This document shows, piece after piece, positions 19,673-28,702 of a stretch of 28,702 nucleotides of DNA. The position numbers and the translations under genes are program-made. Under the pieces are notes generated by a model that did no database searches, was not told where the DNA came from, and saw nothing but the letters and a program-made list of their open reading frames with translations. The stretch lies in UHGV virus genome UHGV-0186015. One strand, written 5' to 3'. Source of the stretch: a virus. Each line of letters starts with the position of its first letter. The stretch's first letter is position 1.

Positions 19673-20972
19673 TCTCCCGCATATTGCCAGCATGGCCTTT
19701 AATGAGCCGCTGATGCTTGAACCCGCCTATTCGCGGGTTTTCTTTTGTGCGCTTGCAGGCCAGCTTGGGATCAGCCGCCTGACGGATGCGGTGTCCGGCG
19801 ACAGCCTGACTGCCGGAGAGGCACCCGCGACGCTGGCGTTAGCCGGTGATGGTGACGGACCACGACAGGCCCGCAGTTATCAGGTCATGAACGGCATCGC
19901 CGTGCTGCCGGTGTCCGGTACGCTGGTCAGCCGGACGCGGGCGCTGCAGCCTTATTCGGGGATGACCGGTTACAACGGCATTATCGCCCGTCTGCAACAG
20001 GCTGCCAGTGACCCGATGGTGGACGGCATTCTGCTCGATATGGACACGCCCGGCGGAATGGTGGCAGGGGCATTTGACTGCGCTGACATCATCGCCCGTG
20101 TGCGTGACATAAAACCTGTATGGGCGCTGGCCAACGACATGAACTGCAGTGCAGGTCAGCTGCTTGCCAGCGCCGCCTCCCGGCGTCTGGTCACGCAGAC
20201 CGCCCGGACAGGCTCCATCGGCGTCATGATGGCTCACAGTAATTACGGTGCTGCGCTGGAGAAACAGGGCGTGGAAATCACGCTGATTTACAGCGGCAGC
20301 CATAAGGTGGATGGCAACCCCTACAGCCATCTTCCGGATGACGTCCGGGAGACACTGCAGTCCCGGATGGACGCAACCCGCCAGATGTTTGCGCAGAAGG
20401 TGTCGGCATATACCGGCCTGTCCGTGCAGGCTGTGCTGGATACAGAGGCTGCAGTGTACAGCGGTCAGGAGGCCATTGATGCCGGACTGGCTGATGAACT
20501 TGTTAACAGCACCGATGCGATCACCGTCATGCGTGATGCACTGGATGCACGTAAATCCCGTCTCTCAGGAGGGCGAATGACCAAAGAGACTCAATCAACA
20601 ACTGTTTCAGCCACTGCTTCGCAGGCTGACGTTACTGACGTGGTGCCAGCGACGGAGGGCGAAAACGCCAGCGCGGCGCAACCGGACGTGAACGCGCAGA
20701 TCACCGCAGCGGTTGCGGCAGAAAACAGCCGCATTATGGGGATCCTCAACTGTGAGGAGGCTCACGGACGCGAAGAACAGGCGCGCGTTCTGGCAGAAAC
20801 CCCCGGAATGACCGTGGACACGGCCCGCCGCATTCTGGCTGCAGCACCACAGAGTGCACAGGCGCGCAGTGACACTGCGCTGGATCGTCTGATGCAGGGG
20901 GCACCGGCACCGCTGGCTGCAGGTAACCCGGCATCTGATGCCGTTAACGATTTGCTGAACACACCAGTGTAA
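19653..20972 (+). CDS. C: Head maturation protease / minor capsid protein C (GTG start)
   Basis: GTG at 19653 preceded by AGGAGGAGAAGA gives MTAVLRNLPHIA... and 439 aa, the lambda gpC length; the track ORF from 19539 is an upstream in-frame extension overlapping B. Confidence 0.9.
20367..20972 (+). CDS. nu3: Scaffolding protein Nu3, nested in-frame in the 3' part of C
   Basis: In-frame internal ATG at 20367 (MDATRQMFAQKV...) at the position where lambda nu3 initiates inside C. Confidence 0.6.
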   Translation: MDATRQMFAQKVSAYTGLSVQAVLDTEAAVYSGQEAIDAGLADELVNSTDAITVMRDALDARKSRLSGGRMTKETQSTTVSATASQADVTDVVPATEGENASAAQPDVNAQITAAVAAENSRIMGILNCEEAHGREEQARVLAETPGMTVDTARRILAAAPQSAQARSDTALDRLMQGAPAPLAAGNPASDAVNDLLNTPV

Positions 20973-20981
20973 GGGATGTTT

Positions 20982-21314
20982 ATGACGAGCAAAGAAACCT
21001 TTACCCATTACCAGCCGCTGGGCAACAGTGACCCGGCTCATACCGCAACCGCGCCCGGCGGATTGAGTGCGACAGCGCCTGCAATGACCCCGCTGATGCT
21101 GGACACCTCCACCCGTAAGCTGGTTGCATGGGATGGCACCACCGACGGTGCTGCCGTTGGCATTCTGGCGGTTGCTGCTGACCAGACCAGCAACACGCTG
21201 ACGTTCTACAAGTCCGGCACGTTCCGTTATGAGGATGTGCTCTGGCCGGAGGCTGCCAGCGACGAGACGAAAAAACGAACCGCGTTTGCCGGAACGGCAA
21301 TCAGCATCGTTTAA
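20982..21314 (+). CDS. D: Head decoration protein D
   Basis: 110 aa from the second ATG ([12 protein letters not shown]...), matches lambda gpD. Confidence 0.95.
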   Translation: MTSKETFTHYQPLGNSDPAHTATAPGGLSATAPAMTPLMLDTSTRKLVAWDGTTDGAAVGILAVAADQTSNTLTFYKSGTFRYEDVLWPEAASDETKKRTAFAGTAISIV

Positions 21315-21335
21315 CTTTACCCTTCATCACTAAAG

Positions 21336-21356
21336 GCCGCCTGTGCGGCTTTTTTT
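21336..21356 (+). terminator. Short hairpin plus T7 run between D and E (terminator-like)
   Basis: GCCGC-CTGT-GCGGC followed by TTTTTTT; within the late operon, so would be read through under Q antitermination. Confidence 0.4.
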
Positions 21357-21369
21357 ACGGGATTTTTTT

Positions 21370-22395
21370 ATGTCGATGTACACAACCGCCCAGCTGCTGG
21401 CGGCAAATGAGCAGAAATTTAAGTTTGATCCGCTGTTTCTGCGTCTCTTTTTCCGTGAGAGCTATCCCTTCACCACGGAGAAGGTCTATCTCTCACAAAT
21501 TCCGGGACTGGTAAACATGGCGCTGTACGTTTCGCCGATTGTTTCCGGTGAGGTTATCCGCTCCCGTGGCGGCTCCACCTCTGAATTTACGCCGGGATAT
21601 GTCAAACCCAAGCATGAAGTGAATCCGCAGATGACCCTGCGTCGCCTGCCGGATGAAGATCCGCAGAATCTGGCGGACCCGGCTTACCGTCGCCGTCGCA
21701 TCATCATGCAGAACATGCGTGATGAAGAGCTGGCCATTGCCCAGGTCGAAGAGATGCAGGCAGTTTCTGCCGTGCTTAAAGGCAAATACACCATGACCGG
21801 TGAAGCCTTCGATCCGGTTGAGGTGGATATGGGCCGCAGTGCGGCGAATAACATCACGCAGTCCGGCGGCACGGAGTGGAGCAAGCGTGACAAGTCCACG
21901 TATGACCCGACCGACGATATCGAAGCCTACGCGCTGAACGCCAGCGGTGTGGTGAATATCATCGTGTTTGATCCGAAAGGCTGGGCGCTGTTCCGTTCCT
22001 TCAAAGCCGTCAAGGAGAAGCTGGATACCCGTCGTGGCTCTCATTCCGAGCTGGAGACAGCGGTGAAAGACCTGGGTAAAGCGGTGTCCTATAAGGGGAT
22101 GTATGGCGATGTGGCCATCGTCGTGTATTCCGGACAGTACGTGGAAAACGGCGTCAAAAAGAACTTCCTGCCGGACAACACGATGGTGCTGGGGAACACT
22201 CAGGCACGCGGTCTGCGCACCTATGGCTGCATTCAGGATGCGGACGCACAGCGCGAAGGCATTAACGCCTCTGCCCGTTACCCGAAAAACTGGGTGACCA
22301 CCGGCGATCCGGCGCGTGAGTTCACCATGATTCAGTCAGCACCGCTGATGCTGCTGGCTGATCCTGATGAGTTCGTGTCCGTTCAACTGGCGTAA
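21370..22395 (+). CDS. E: Major capsid protein E
   Basis: 341 aa from the ATG at 21370 (MSMYTTAQLLAANEQKF...), matches lambda gpE. Confidence 0.97.
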   Translation: MSMYTTAQLLAANEQKFKFDPLFLRLFFRESYPFTTEKVYLSQIPGLVNMALYVSPIVSGEVIRSRGGSTSEFTPGYVKPKHEVNPQMTLRRLPDEDPQNLADPAYRRRRIIMQNMRDEELAIAQVEEMQAVSAVLKGKYTMTGEAFDPVEVDMGRSAANNITQSGGTEWSKRDKSTYDPTDDIEAYALNASGVVNIIVFDPKGWALFRSFKAVKEKLDTRRGSHSELETAVKDLGKAVSYKGMYGDVAIVVYSGQYVENGVKKNFLPDNTMVLGNTQARGLRTYGCIQDADAQREGINASARYPKNWVTTGDPAREFTMIQSAPLMLLADPDEFVSVQLA

Positions 22396-22436
22396 TCATG
22401 GCCCTTCGGGGCCATTGTTTCTCTGTGGAGAAGTCC

Positions 22437-22835
22437 ATGACGAAAGATGAACTGATTGCCCGTCTCCGCTCGCTGGGTGAACAACTGAACCGTGATGTCA
22501 GCCTGACGGGGACGAAAGAAGAACTGGCGCTTCGTGTGGCAGAGCTGGAAGAGGAGCTTGATGACACGGATGACACTGCCGGTCAGGACACCCCTCTCAG
22601 CCCGGAAAATGTGCTGACCGGGCATGAAAATGAGGTGGTATCAGCGCAGCCGGACACCATGATTCAGGATGCGGCTGAACTGGTCACGGTCGTGGCAATG
22701 GTGACGCTGCATACTGATGCACTTCACGCCACGCGGGATGAACCTGTGGCATTTGTGCTGCCGGGAACGGCGTTTCGTGTCTCTGCCGGTGTGGCAGCCG
22801 AAATGACAGAACGTGGCCTGACCAGAATGCAATAA
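22437..22835 (+). CDS. FI: DNA-packaging protein FI
   Basis: 132 aa from the ATG at 22437 (MTKDELIARLRSLGEQLN...), lambda gpFI-like; the upstream extension from 22398 overlaps an intergenic hairpin. Confidence 0.9.
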   Translation: MTKDELIARLRSLGEQLNRDVSLTGTKEELALRVAELEEELDDTDDTAGQDTPLSPENVLTGHENEVVSAQPDTMIQDAAELVTVVAMVTLHTDALHATRDEPVAFVLPGTAFRVSAGVAAEMTERGLTRMQ

Positions 22836-22846
22836 CGGGAGGCGCT

Positions 22847-23200
22847 GTGGCTGATTTCGATAACCTGTTCGATGCTGCCATTGCCCGCGCCGATGAAACG
22901 ATACGCGGGTACATGGGAACGTCAGCCACCATTACATCCGGTGAGCAGTCAGGTGCGGTGATACGTGGTGTTTTTGATGACCCTGAAAATATCAGCTATG
23001 CCGGACAGGGCGTGCGCGTTGAAGGCTCCAGCCCGTCCCTGTTTGTCCGGACTGATGAGGTGCGGCAGCTGCGGCGTGGAGACACGCTGACCATCGGTGA
23101 GGAAAATTTCTGGGTAGATCGGGTTTCGCCGGATGATGGCGGAAGCTGTCATCTCTGGCTTGGACGGGGCGTACCGCCTGCCGTTAACCGTCGCCGCTGA
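22847..23200 (+). CDS. FII: Head-tail connector protein FII (GTG start)
   Basis: 117 aa, MADFDNLFDAAIARADETIRGYMG..., lambda gpFII-like. Confidence 0.95.
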   Translation: MADFDNLFDAAIARADETIRGYMGTSATITSGEQSGAVIRGVFDDPENISYAGQGVRVEGSSPSLFVRTDEVRQLRRGDTLTIGEENFWVDRVSPDDGGSCHLWLGRGVPPAVNRRR

Positions 23201-23211
23201 AAGGGGGATGT

Positions 23212-23790
23212 ATGGCCATAAAAGGTCTTGAGCAGGCCGTTGAAAACCTCAGTTGTATCAGCAAAACGGCGGTGCCTGGTGCGTCAGCAATGGCCATTAA
23301 CCGCGTTGCTTCATCCGCGATATCGCAGTCTGCGTCACAGGTTGCCCGTGAGACAAAGGTACGCCGGAAACTGGTAAAGGAAAGGGCCAGGCTGAAAAGG
23401 GCCACGGTTAAAAATCCGCAGGCCAGAATCAAGGTTAACCGGGGGGATTTGCCCGTAATCAAGCTGGGGAATGCGCGGGTTGTCCTGTCCCGCCGCAGGC
23501 GTCGTAAAAAGGGGCAGCGTTCATCCCTGAAAGGTGGCGGCAGCGTGCTTGTGGTGGGTAACCGTCGTATTCCCGGCGCGTTTATTCAGCAACTGAAAAA
23601 TGGCCGGTGGCATGTTATGCAGCGTGTGGCCGGGAAAAACCGTTACCCCATTGATGTGGTGAAAATCCCGATGGCGGTGCCACTGACCACGGCGTTTAAA
23701 CAGAATATTGAGCGGATACGGCGTGAGCGTCTTCCGAAAGAGCTGGGCTATGCGCTGCAGCATCAACTGAGAATGGTAATAAAGCGATGA
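23212..23790 (+). CDS. Z: Tail completion protein Z
   Basis: 192 aa, lambda gpZ-like. Confidence 0.95.
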   Translation: MAIKGLEQAVENLSCISKTAVPGASAMAINRVASSAISQSASQVARETKVRRKLVKERARLKRATVKNPQARIKVNRGDLPVIKLGNARVVLSRRRRRKKGQRSSLKGGGSVLVVGNRRIPGAFIQQLKNGRWHVMQRVAGKNRYPIDVVKIPMAVPLTTAFKQNIERIRRERLPKELGYALQHQLRMVIKR

Positions 23791-24182
23791 AACATACTGA
23801 ACTCCGTGCAGCCGTACTGGATGCACTGGAGAAGCATGATACAGGGGCGACGCTTTTTGATGGTCGCCCCGCTGTTTTTGATGAGGAAGATTTTCCGGCA
23901 ATTGCCGTTTATCTCACCGGCGCTGAATACACGGGCGAAGAGCTGGACAGCGATACCTGGCAGGCGGAGCTGCATATTGAAGTTTTCCTGCCTGCTCAGG
24001 TGCCGGATTCAGAGCTGGATTCGTGGATGGAGTCCCGGATTTATCCGGTGATGAGCGATATCCCGGCACTGTCAGATTTGATCACCAGTATGGTGGCCAG
24101 TGGCTATGACTACCGGCGCGACGATGATGCGGGCCTGTGGAGTTCAGCCGATCTGACTTATGTCATTACCTATGAAATGTGA
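23787..24182 (+). CDS. U: Tail terminator protein U
   Basis: 131 aa, lambda gpU-like; ATGA overlap with Z. Confidence 0.95.
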   Translation: MKHTELRAAVLDALEKHDTGATLFDGRPAVFDEEDFPAIAVYLTGAEYTGEELDSDTWQAELHIEVFLPAQVPDSELDSWMESRIYPVMSDIPALSDLITSMVASGYDYRRDDDAGLWSSADLTYVITYEM

Positions 24183-24189
24183 GGACGCT

Positions 24190-24930
24190 ATGCCTGTACC
24201 AAATCCAGTAATGCCGGTGAAAGGTGCCGGGACCACACTGTGGGTTTATAAGGGGAACGGTGACCCTTATGCGAATCCGCTTTCAGACGTTGACTGGTCG
24301 CGTCTGGCAAAAGTTAAAGACCTGACGCCCGGCGAACTGACCGCTGAGTCCTATGACGACAGCTATCTCGATGATGAAGATGCAGACTGGACTGCGACCG
24401 GGCAGGGGCAGAAATCTGCCGGAGATACCAGCTTCACGCTGGCGTGGATGCCCGGAGAGCAGGGGCAGCAGGCGCTGCTGGCGTGGTTTAATGAAGGCGA
24501 TACCCGTGCCTATAAAATCCGCTTCCCGAACGGCACGGTCGATGTGTTCCGTGGCTGGGTCAGCAGTATCGGTAAGGCGGTGACGGCGAAGGAAGTGATC
24601 ACCCGCACGGTGAAAGTCACCAATGTGGGACGTCCGTCGATGGCAGAAGATCGCAGCACGGTAACAGCGGCAACCGGCATGACCGTGACGCCTGCCAGCA
24701 CCTCGGTGGTGAAAGGGCAGAGCACCACGCTGACCGTGGCATTCCAGCCGGAAGGCGCAACCGACAAGAGCTTTCGTGCGGTGTCTGCGGATAAAACAAA
24801 AGCCACCGTGTCGGTCAGTGGTATGACCATCACCGTGAACGGCGTTGCTGCAGGCAAGGTCAACATTCCGGTTGTATCCGGTAATGGTGAATTTGCTGCG
24901 GTTGCAGAAATTACCGTCACCGCCAGTTAA
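24190..24930 (+). CDS. V: Major tail tube protein V
   Basis: 246 aa from the ATG at 24190 ([22 protein letters not shown]...), with GAGGA upstream; lambda gpV-like including the C-terminal Ig-like domain. Confidence 0.95.
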   Translation: MPVPNPVMPVKGAGTTLWVYKGNGDPYANPLSDVDWSRLAKVKDLTPGELTAESYDDSYLDDEDADWTATGQGQKSAGDTSFTLAWMPGEQGQQALLAWFNEGDTRAYKIRFPNGTVDVFRGWVSSIGKAVTAKEVITRTVKVTNVGRPSMAEDRSTVTAATGMTVTPASTSVVKGQSTTLTVAFQPEGATDKSFRAVSADKTKATVSVSGMTITVNGVAAGKVNIPVVSGNGEFAAVAEITVTAS

Positions 24931-24945
24931 TCCGGAGAGTCAGAG

Positions 24946-25368
24946 ATGTTCCTGAAAACCGAATCATTTGAACATAACGGTGTGACCGTCACGCTTTCTG
25001 AACTGTCAGCCCTGCAGCGTATTGAGCATCTCGCTCTGATGAAACGGCAGGCAGAACAGGCGGAGTCAGACAGCAACCGGAAGTTTACTGTGGAAGACGC
25101 CATCAGAACCGGCGCGTTTCTGGTGGCGATGTCCCTGTGGCATAACCATCCGCAGAAGACGCAGATGCCGTCCATGAATGAAGCCGTTAAACAGATTGAG
25201 CAGGAAGTGCTTACCACCTGGCCCACAGAGGCAATTTCTCATGCTGAAAACGTGGTGTACCGGCTGTCCGGTATGTATGAGTTTGTTGTGAATAATGCCC
25301 CTGAACAGACAGAGGACGCCGGGCCTGCAGAGCCTGTTTCTGCGGGAAAGTGTTCGACGGTGAGCTGA
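24946..25368 (+). CDS. G: Tail assembly chaperone G
   Basis: 140 aa, lambda gpG-like. Confidence 0.95.
   Translation: MFLKTESFEHNGVTVTLSELSALQRIEHLALMKRQAEQAESDSNRKFTVEDAIRTGAFLVAMSLWHNHPQKTQMPSMNEAVKQIEQEVLTTWPTEAISHAENVVYRLSGMYEFVVNNAPEQTEDAGPAEPVSAGKCSTVS
25344..25350 (+). other. Slippery heptamer G GGA AAG for the -1 programmed frameshift producing gpGT
   Basis: GGGAAAG read directly in the G frame, 18 nt before the G stop; the T frame is -1 relative to G. Confidence 0.8.
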
Positions 25369-25784
25369 GTTTTGCCCTGAAACTGGCGCGTGAGATGGGG
25401 CGACCCGACTGGCGTGCCATGCTTGCCGGGATGTCATCCACGGAGTATGCCGACTGGCACCGCTTTTACAGTACCCATTATTTTCATGATGTTCTGCTGG
25501 ATATGCACTTTTCCGGGCTGACGTACACCGTGCTCAGCCTGTTTTTCAGCGATCCGGATATGCATCCGCTGGATTTCAGTTTGCTGAACCGGCGTGAGGC
25601 TGACGAAGAGCCTGAAGATGATGTGCTGATGCAGAAAGCGGCAGGGCTTGCCGGAGGTGTCCGCTTTGGCCCGGACGGGAATGAAGTTATCCCTACTTCC
25701 CCGGATGTGGCGGACATGACGGAGGATGACGTAATGCTGATAACAGTATCAGAAGGGATCGCAGGAGGAGTCCGGTATGGCTGA
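25350..25784 (+). CDS. T: Tail assembly protein T, expressed only as a G-T fusion by -1 frameshift
   Basis: ORF in the -1 frame relative to G with no independent start context; lambda gpT-like. The fusion product spans 24946 to 25784. Confidence 0.85.
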   Translation: MFDGELSFALKLAREMGRPDWRAMLAGMSSTEYADWHRFYSTHYFHDVLLDMHFSGLTYTVLSLFFSDPDMHPLDFSLLNRREADEEPEDDVLMQKAAGLAGGVRFGPDGNEVIPTSPDVADMTEDDVMLITVSEGIAGGVRYG

Positions 25785-28338
25785 ACCGGTAGGCGATCTG
25801 GTCGTTGATTTGAGTCTGGATGCGGCCAGATTTGACGAGCAGATGGCCAGAGTCAGGCGTCATTTTTCCGGTACGGAAAGTGATGCGAAAAAAACAGCGG
25901 CAGTCGTTGAACAGTCGATGAACCGGCAGGCGCTGGCTGCACAGAAAGCGGGAATTTCCGTCGGGCAGTATAAAGCCGCCATGCGTATGCTGCCTGCGCA
26001 GTTCACTGACGTGGCCACGCAGCTTGCAGGCGGGCAAAGTCCGTGGCTGATCCTGCTGCAACAGGGGGGTCAGGTGAAGGACTCCTTCGGCGGGATGATC
26101 CCCATGTTCCGGGGGCTTGCCGGTGCGATCACCCTGCCGATGGTGGGGGTCACCTCGCTGGCGGTGGCGACCGGTGCGCTGGCGTATGCCTGGTATCAGG
26201 GCAACTCAACCCTGTCCGATTTCAACAAAAAGCTGGTCCTTTCCGGCAATCAGGCCGGGCTGACGGCAGATCGTATGCTGGTCCTGTCCAGAGCCGGGCA
26301 GGCGGCAGGGCTGACGTTTAACCAGACCAGCGAGTCACTCAGCGCACTGGTTAAGGCGGGGGTAAGCGGTGAGGCTCAGATTGCGTCCATCAGCCAGAGT
26401 GTGGCGCGTTTCTCCTCTGCATCCGGCGTGGAGGTGGACAAGGTCGCTGAAGCCTTCGGGAAGCTGACCACTGACCCGACGTCGGGGCTGACAGCGATGG
26501 CGCGCCAGTTCCATAACGTGACGGCGGAGCAGATTGCGTATGTTGCTCAGTTGCAGCGTTCCGGCGAAGAAGCCGGGGCATTGCAGGCGGCGAACGAGGC
26601 CGCGACGAAAGGGTTTGATGACCAGACCCGCCGCCTGAAAGAGAACATGGGCACGCTGGAAACCTGGGCAGACAGGACAGCACGGGCATTCAAATCCATG
26701 TGGGATGCGGTGCTGGATATTGGTCGTCCTGATACCGCGCAGGAGATGCTGATTAAGGCAGAGGCCGCGTTTAAGAAAGCGGACGATATCTGGAATCTGC
26801 GCAAGGATGATTATTTTGTTAACGATGAAGCGCGGGCGCGTTACTGGGATGATCGTGAAAAGGCCCGTCTTGCGCTTGAAGCCGCCCGAAAGAAGGCTGA
26901 GCAGCAGAGTCAACAGGACAAAAATGCGCAGCAGCAGAGCGATACCGAAGCGTCACGGCTGAAATATACCGAAGAGGCGCAGAAGGCTTACGAACGGCTG
27001 CAGACGCCGCTGGAGAAATATACCGCCCGTCAGGAAGAACTGAATAAGGCACTGAAAGACGGGAAAATCCTGCAGGCGGATTACAACACGCTGATGGCGG
27101 CGGCGAAAAAGGATTATGAAGCGACGCTGAAAAAGCCGAAGCAGTCCGGCGTGAAGGTGTCTGCGGGCGATCGTCAGGAAGACAGTGCTCATGCTGCCCT
27201 GCTGACGCTTCAGGCAGAACTCCGGACACTGGAGAAGCATGCCGGAGCGAATGAGAAAATCAGCCAGCAGCGCCGGGATTTATGGAAGGCAGAAAGTCAG
27301 TTCGCGGTACTGGAGGAGGCAGCGCAACGTCGCCAGCTGTCTGCACAGGAGAAATCCCTGCTGGCGCATAAAGACGAGACGCTGGAGTACAAACGCCAGC
27401 TGGCTGCACTTGGTGACAAGGTTACGTATCAGGAGCGCCTGAACGCGCTGGCGCAGCAGGCGGATAAATTCGCACAGCAGCAACGGGCAAAACGGGCAGC
27501 CATTGAGGCGAAAAACCGGGGGCTGACTGACCGGCAGGCAGCGCGGGAAGCCACAGAACAGCGCCTGAAGGAACAGTATGGCGATAATCCTCTGGCGCTG
27601 AATAATGTCATGTCAGAGCAGAAAAAGACCTGGGCAGCTGAAGACCAGCTTCGCGGGAGCTGGATGGCAGCCCTGAAGTCCGGCTGGAGTGAGTGGGAAG
27701 AGAGCGCCACGGACAGTATGTCGCAGGTAAAAAGTGCAGCCACGCAGACCTTTGATGGTATTGCGCAAAATATGGCGGCGATGCTGACCGGCAGTGAACA
27801 GAACTGGCGTAGCTTCACCCGATCCGTGCTGTCCATGATGACAGAAATTCTGCTTAAGCAGGCAATGGTGGGGATTGTCGGGAGTATCGGCAGCGCCATT
27901 GGCGGTGCTACCGGTGGCGGGGCATCAGCGTCAGGTGGTACAGCCATTCAGGCCGCTGCTGCGAAACTCCATTTTGCGACCGGGGGATTTACGGGAACCG
28001 GTGGCAAATATGAACCTGCCGGGATTGTTCACCGTGGTGAATTTGTCTTCACGAAGGAGGCAACCAGCCGGATTGGCGTGGGGAATCTCTACCGGCTGAT
28101 GCGCGGCTATGCCACCGGCGGTTATGTCGGTACACCGGGCAGCATGGCGGACAGTCGGTCGCAGGCGTCCGGGAAGTTTGAGCAGAATAACCATGTGGTG
28201 ATTAACAACGACGGCACGAACGGTCAGATAGGGCCACAGGCGCTGAAGGCGGTTTATGACGTAGCCCGTAAGGCGGCAATGGATGTTGTGACCGGGCAGA
28301 TGCGTGATGGTGGTCTGTTCTCTGGAGGTGGACGATGA
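25777..28338 (+). CDS. H: Tail tape measure protein H
   Basis: 853 aa, lambda gpH-like along its length. Confidence 0.97.
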   Translation: MAEPVGDLVVDLSLDAARFDEQMARVRRHFSGTESDAKKTAAVVEQSMNRQALAAQKAGISVGQYKAAMRMLPAQFTDVATQLAGGQSPWLILLQQGGQVKDSFGGMIPMFRGLAGAITLPMVGVTSLAVATGALAYAWYQGNSTLSDFNKKLVLSGNQAGLTADRMLVLSRAGQAAGLTFNQTSESLSALVKAGVSGEAQIASISQSVARFSSASGVEVDKVAEAFGKLTTDPTSGLTAMARQFHNVTAEQIAYVAQLQRSGEEAGALQAANEAATKGFDDQTRRLKENMGTLETWADRTARAFKSMWDAVLDIGRPDTAQEMLIKAEAAFKKADDIWNLRKDDYFVNDEARARYWDDREKARLALEAARKKAEQQSQQDKNAQQQSDTEASRLKYTEEAQKAYERLQTPLEKYTARQEELNKALKDGKILQADYNTLMAAAKKDYEATLKKPKQSGVKVSAGDRQEDSAHAALLTLQAELRTLEKHAGANEKISQQRRDLWKAESQFAVLEEAAQRRQLSAQEKSLLAHKDETLEYKRQLAALGDKVTYQERLNALAQQADKFAQQQRAKRAAIEAKNRGLTDRQAAREATEQRLKEQYGDNPLALNNVMSEQKKTWAAEDQLRGSWMAALKSGWSEWEESATDSMSQVKSAATQTFDGIAQNMAAMLTGSEQNWRSFTRSVLSMMTEILLKQAMVGIVGSIGSAIGGATGGGASASGGTAIQAAAAKLHFATGGFTGTGGKYEPAGIVHRGEFVFTKEATSRIGVGNLYRLMRGYATGGYVGTPGSMADSRSQASGKFEQNNHVVINNDGTNGQIGPQALKAVYDVARKAAMDVVTGQMRDGGLFSGGGR

Positions 28339-28664
28339 AAACCTTCCGCTGGAAAGTGAAACCGGGTATGGATGTGGCTTCGACTCCTTCCGTCAGGGAG
28401 GTGCGCTTTGGTGATGGTTACTCCCAGCGCGCGCCTGCCGGGCTGAATGCCAACCTGAAAACGTACAGCGTGACGATTTCTGTCCCCCGTTGGGAGGCCA
28501 CGGCGCTGGAATCGTTTCTGGCAGAGCACGGAGGCTGGAAAGCCTTTCTGTGGACGCCGCCTTATGACTGGCGGCAGATAAAGGTGATCTGCGCAAAATG
28601 GACGTCGCGGGTCAGTATGCTGCGTGTTGAGTTCAGCGCAGAGTTTAAACAGGTGGTGAACTGA
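28335..28664 (+). CDS. M: Minor tail protein M
   Basis: 109 aa, lambda gpM-like; ATGA overlap with H. Confidence 0.95.
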   Translation: MKTFRWKVKPGMDVASTPSVREVRFGDGYSQRAPAGLNANLKTYSVTISVPRWEATALESFLAEHGGWKAFLWTPPYDWRQIKVICAKWTSRVSMLRVEFSAEFKQVVN

Positions 28665-28702
28665 TGCAGGATATCCGGCAGGAAACACTGAATGAATGCA
28701 CC
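28664..28702 (+). CDS. L: Minor tail protein L, 5' fragment truncated by the window end
   Basis: ATG at 28664 overlapping the M stop; MQDIRQETLNEC matches the lambda gpL N-terminus. Confidence 0.8.
   Translation, partial: MQDIRQETLNECT

Noticed and set aside
26335-26913. 192-aa minus-strand ORF (and neighbouring antisense ORFs) within tape-measure gene H
   Set aside because: H is a recognisable lambda-like 853-aa gene on the plus strand; the antisense ORFs are Arg/Cys/Pro-rich artefacts.

Overview
This window is a contiguous stretch of a lambdoid prophage, running from an excisionase-like gene at the left boundary to the start of tail gene L; no integrase or att site is visible. The late region (cos, nu1-A-W-B-C/nu3-D-E-FI-FII-Z-U-V-G/T-H-M-L) and the S-R-Rz/Rz1 lysis cassette are recognisably phage-lambda-like by protein sequence and product length. 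The early region is mosaic and not lambda-like: a leftward operon of YfdP/Q/R/S-type and DUF551 genes, a cI-type S24 repressor with divergent pRM/pR operators, a Cro-like gene, a single O-like initiator with internal iterons, then PerC-like, Dam-type methyltransferase, a LexA DNA-binding-domain-only protein, RusA, KilA-N, DUF968 and a zinc-finger Q antiterminator. Two probable inactivating lesions are visible directly: an in-frame TGA inside terminase gene A and a +1 frameshift in Rz, suggesting a decaying prophage if they are not sequencing errors. The most interesting candidate for something undescribed is a terminator-insulated 67-aa cargo ORF between Q and the holin, preceded by a perfect CRP-consensus palindrome. 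Other items worth a second look are the LexA-DBD-only protein, a 14-bp perfect inverted repeat in the long N-less leftward leader, a cosN that differs from lambda, and a palindrome-rich region between Rha and cos. All family assignments are from reading the translations and recall of known families; no database search was run.
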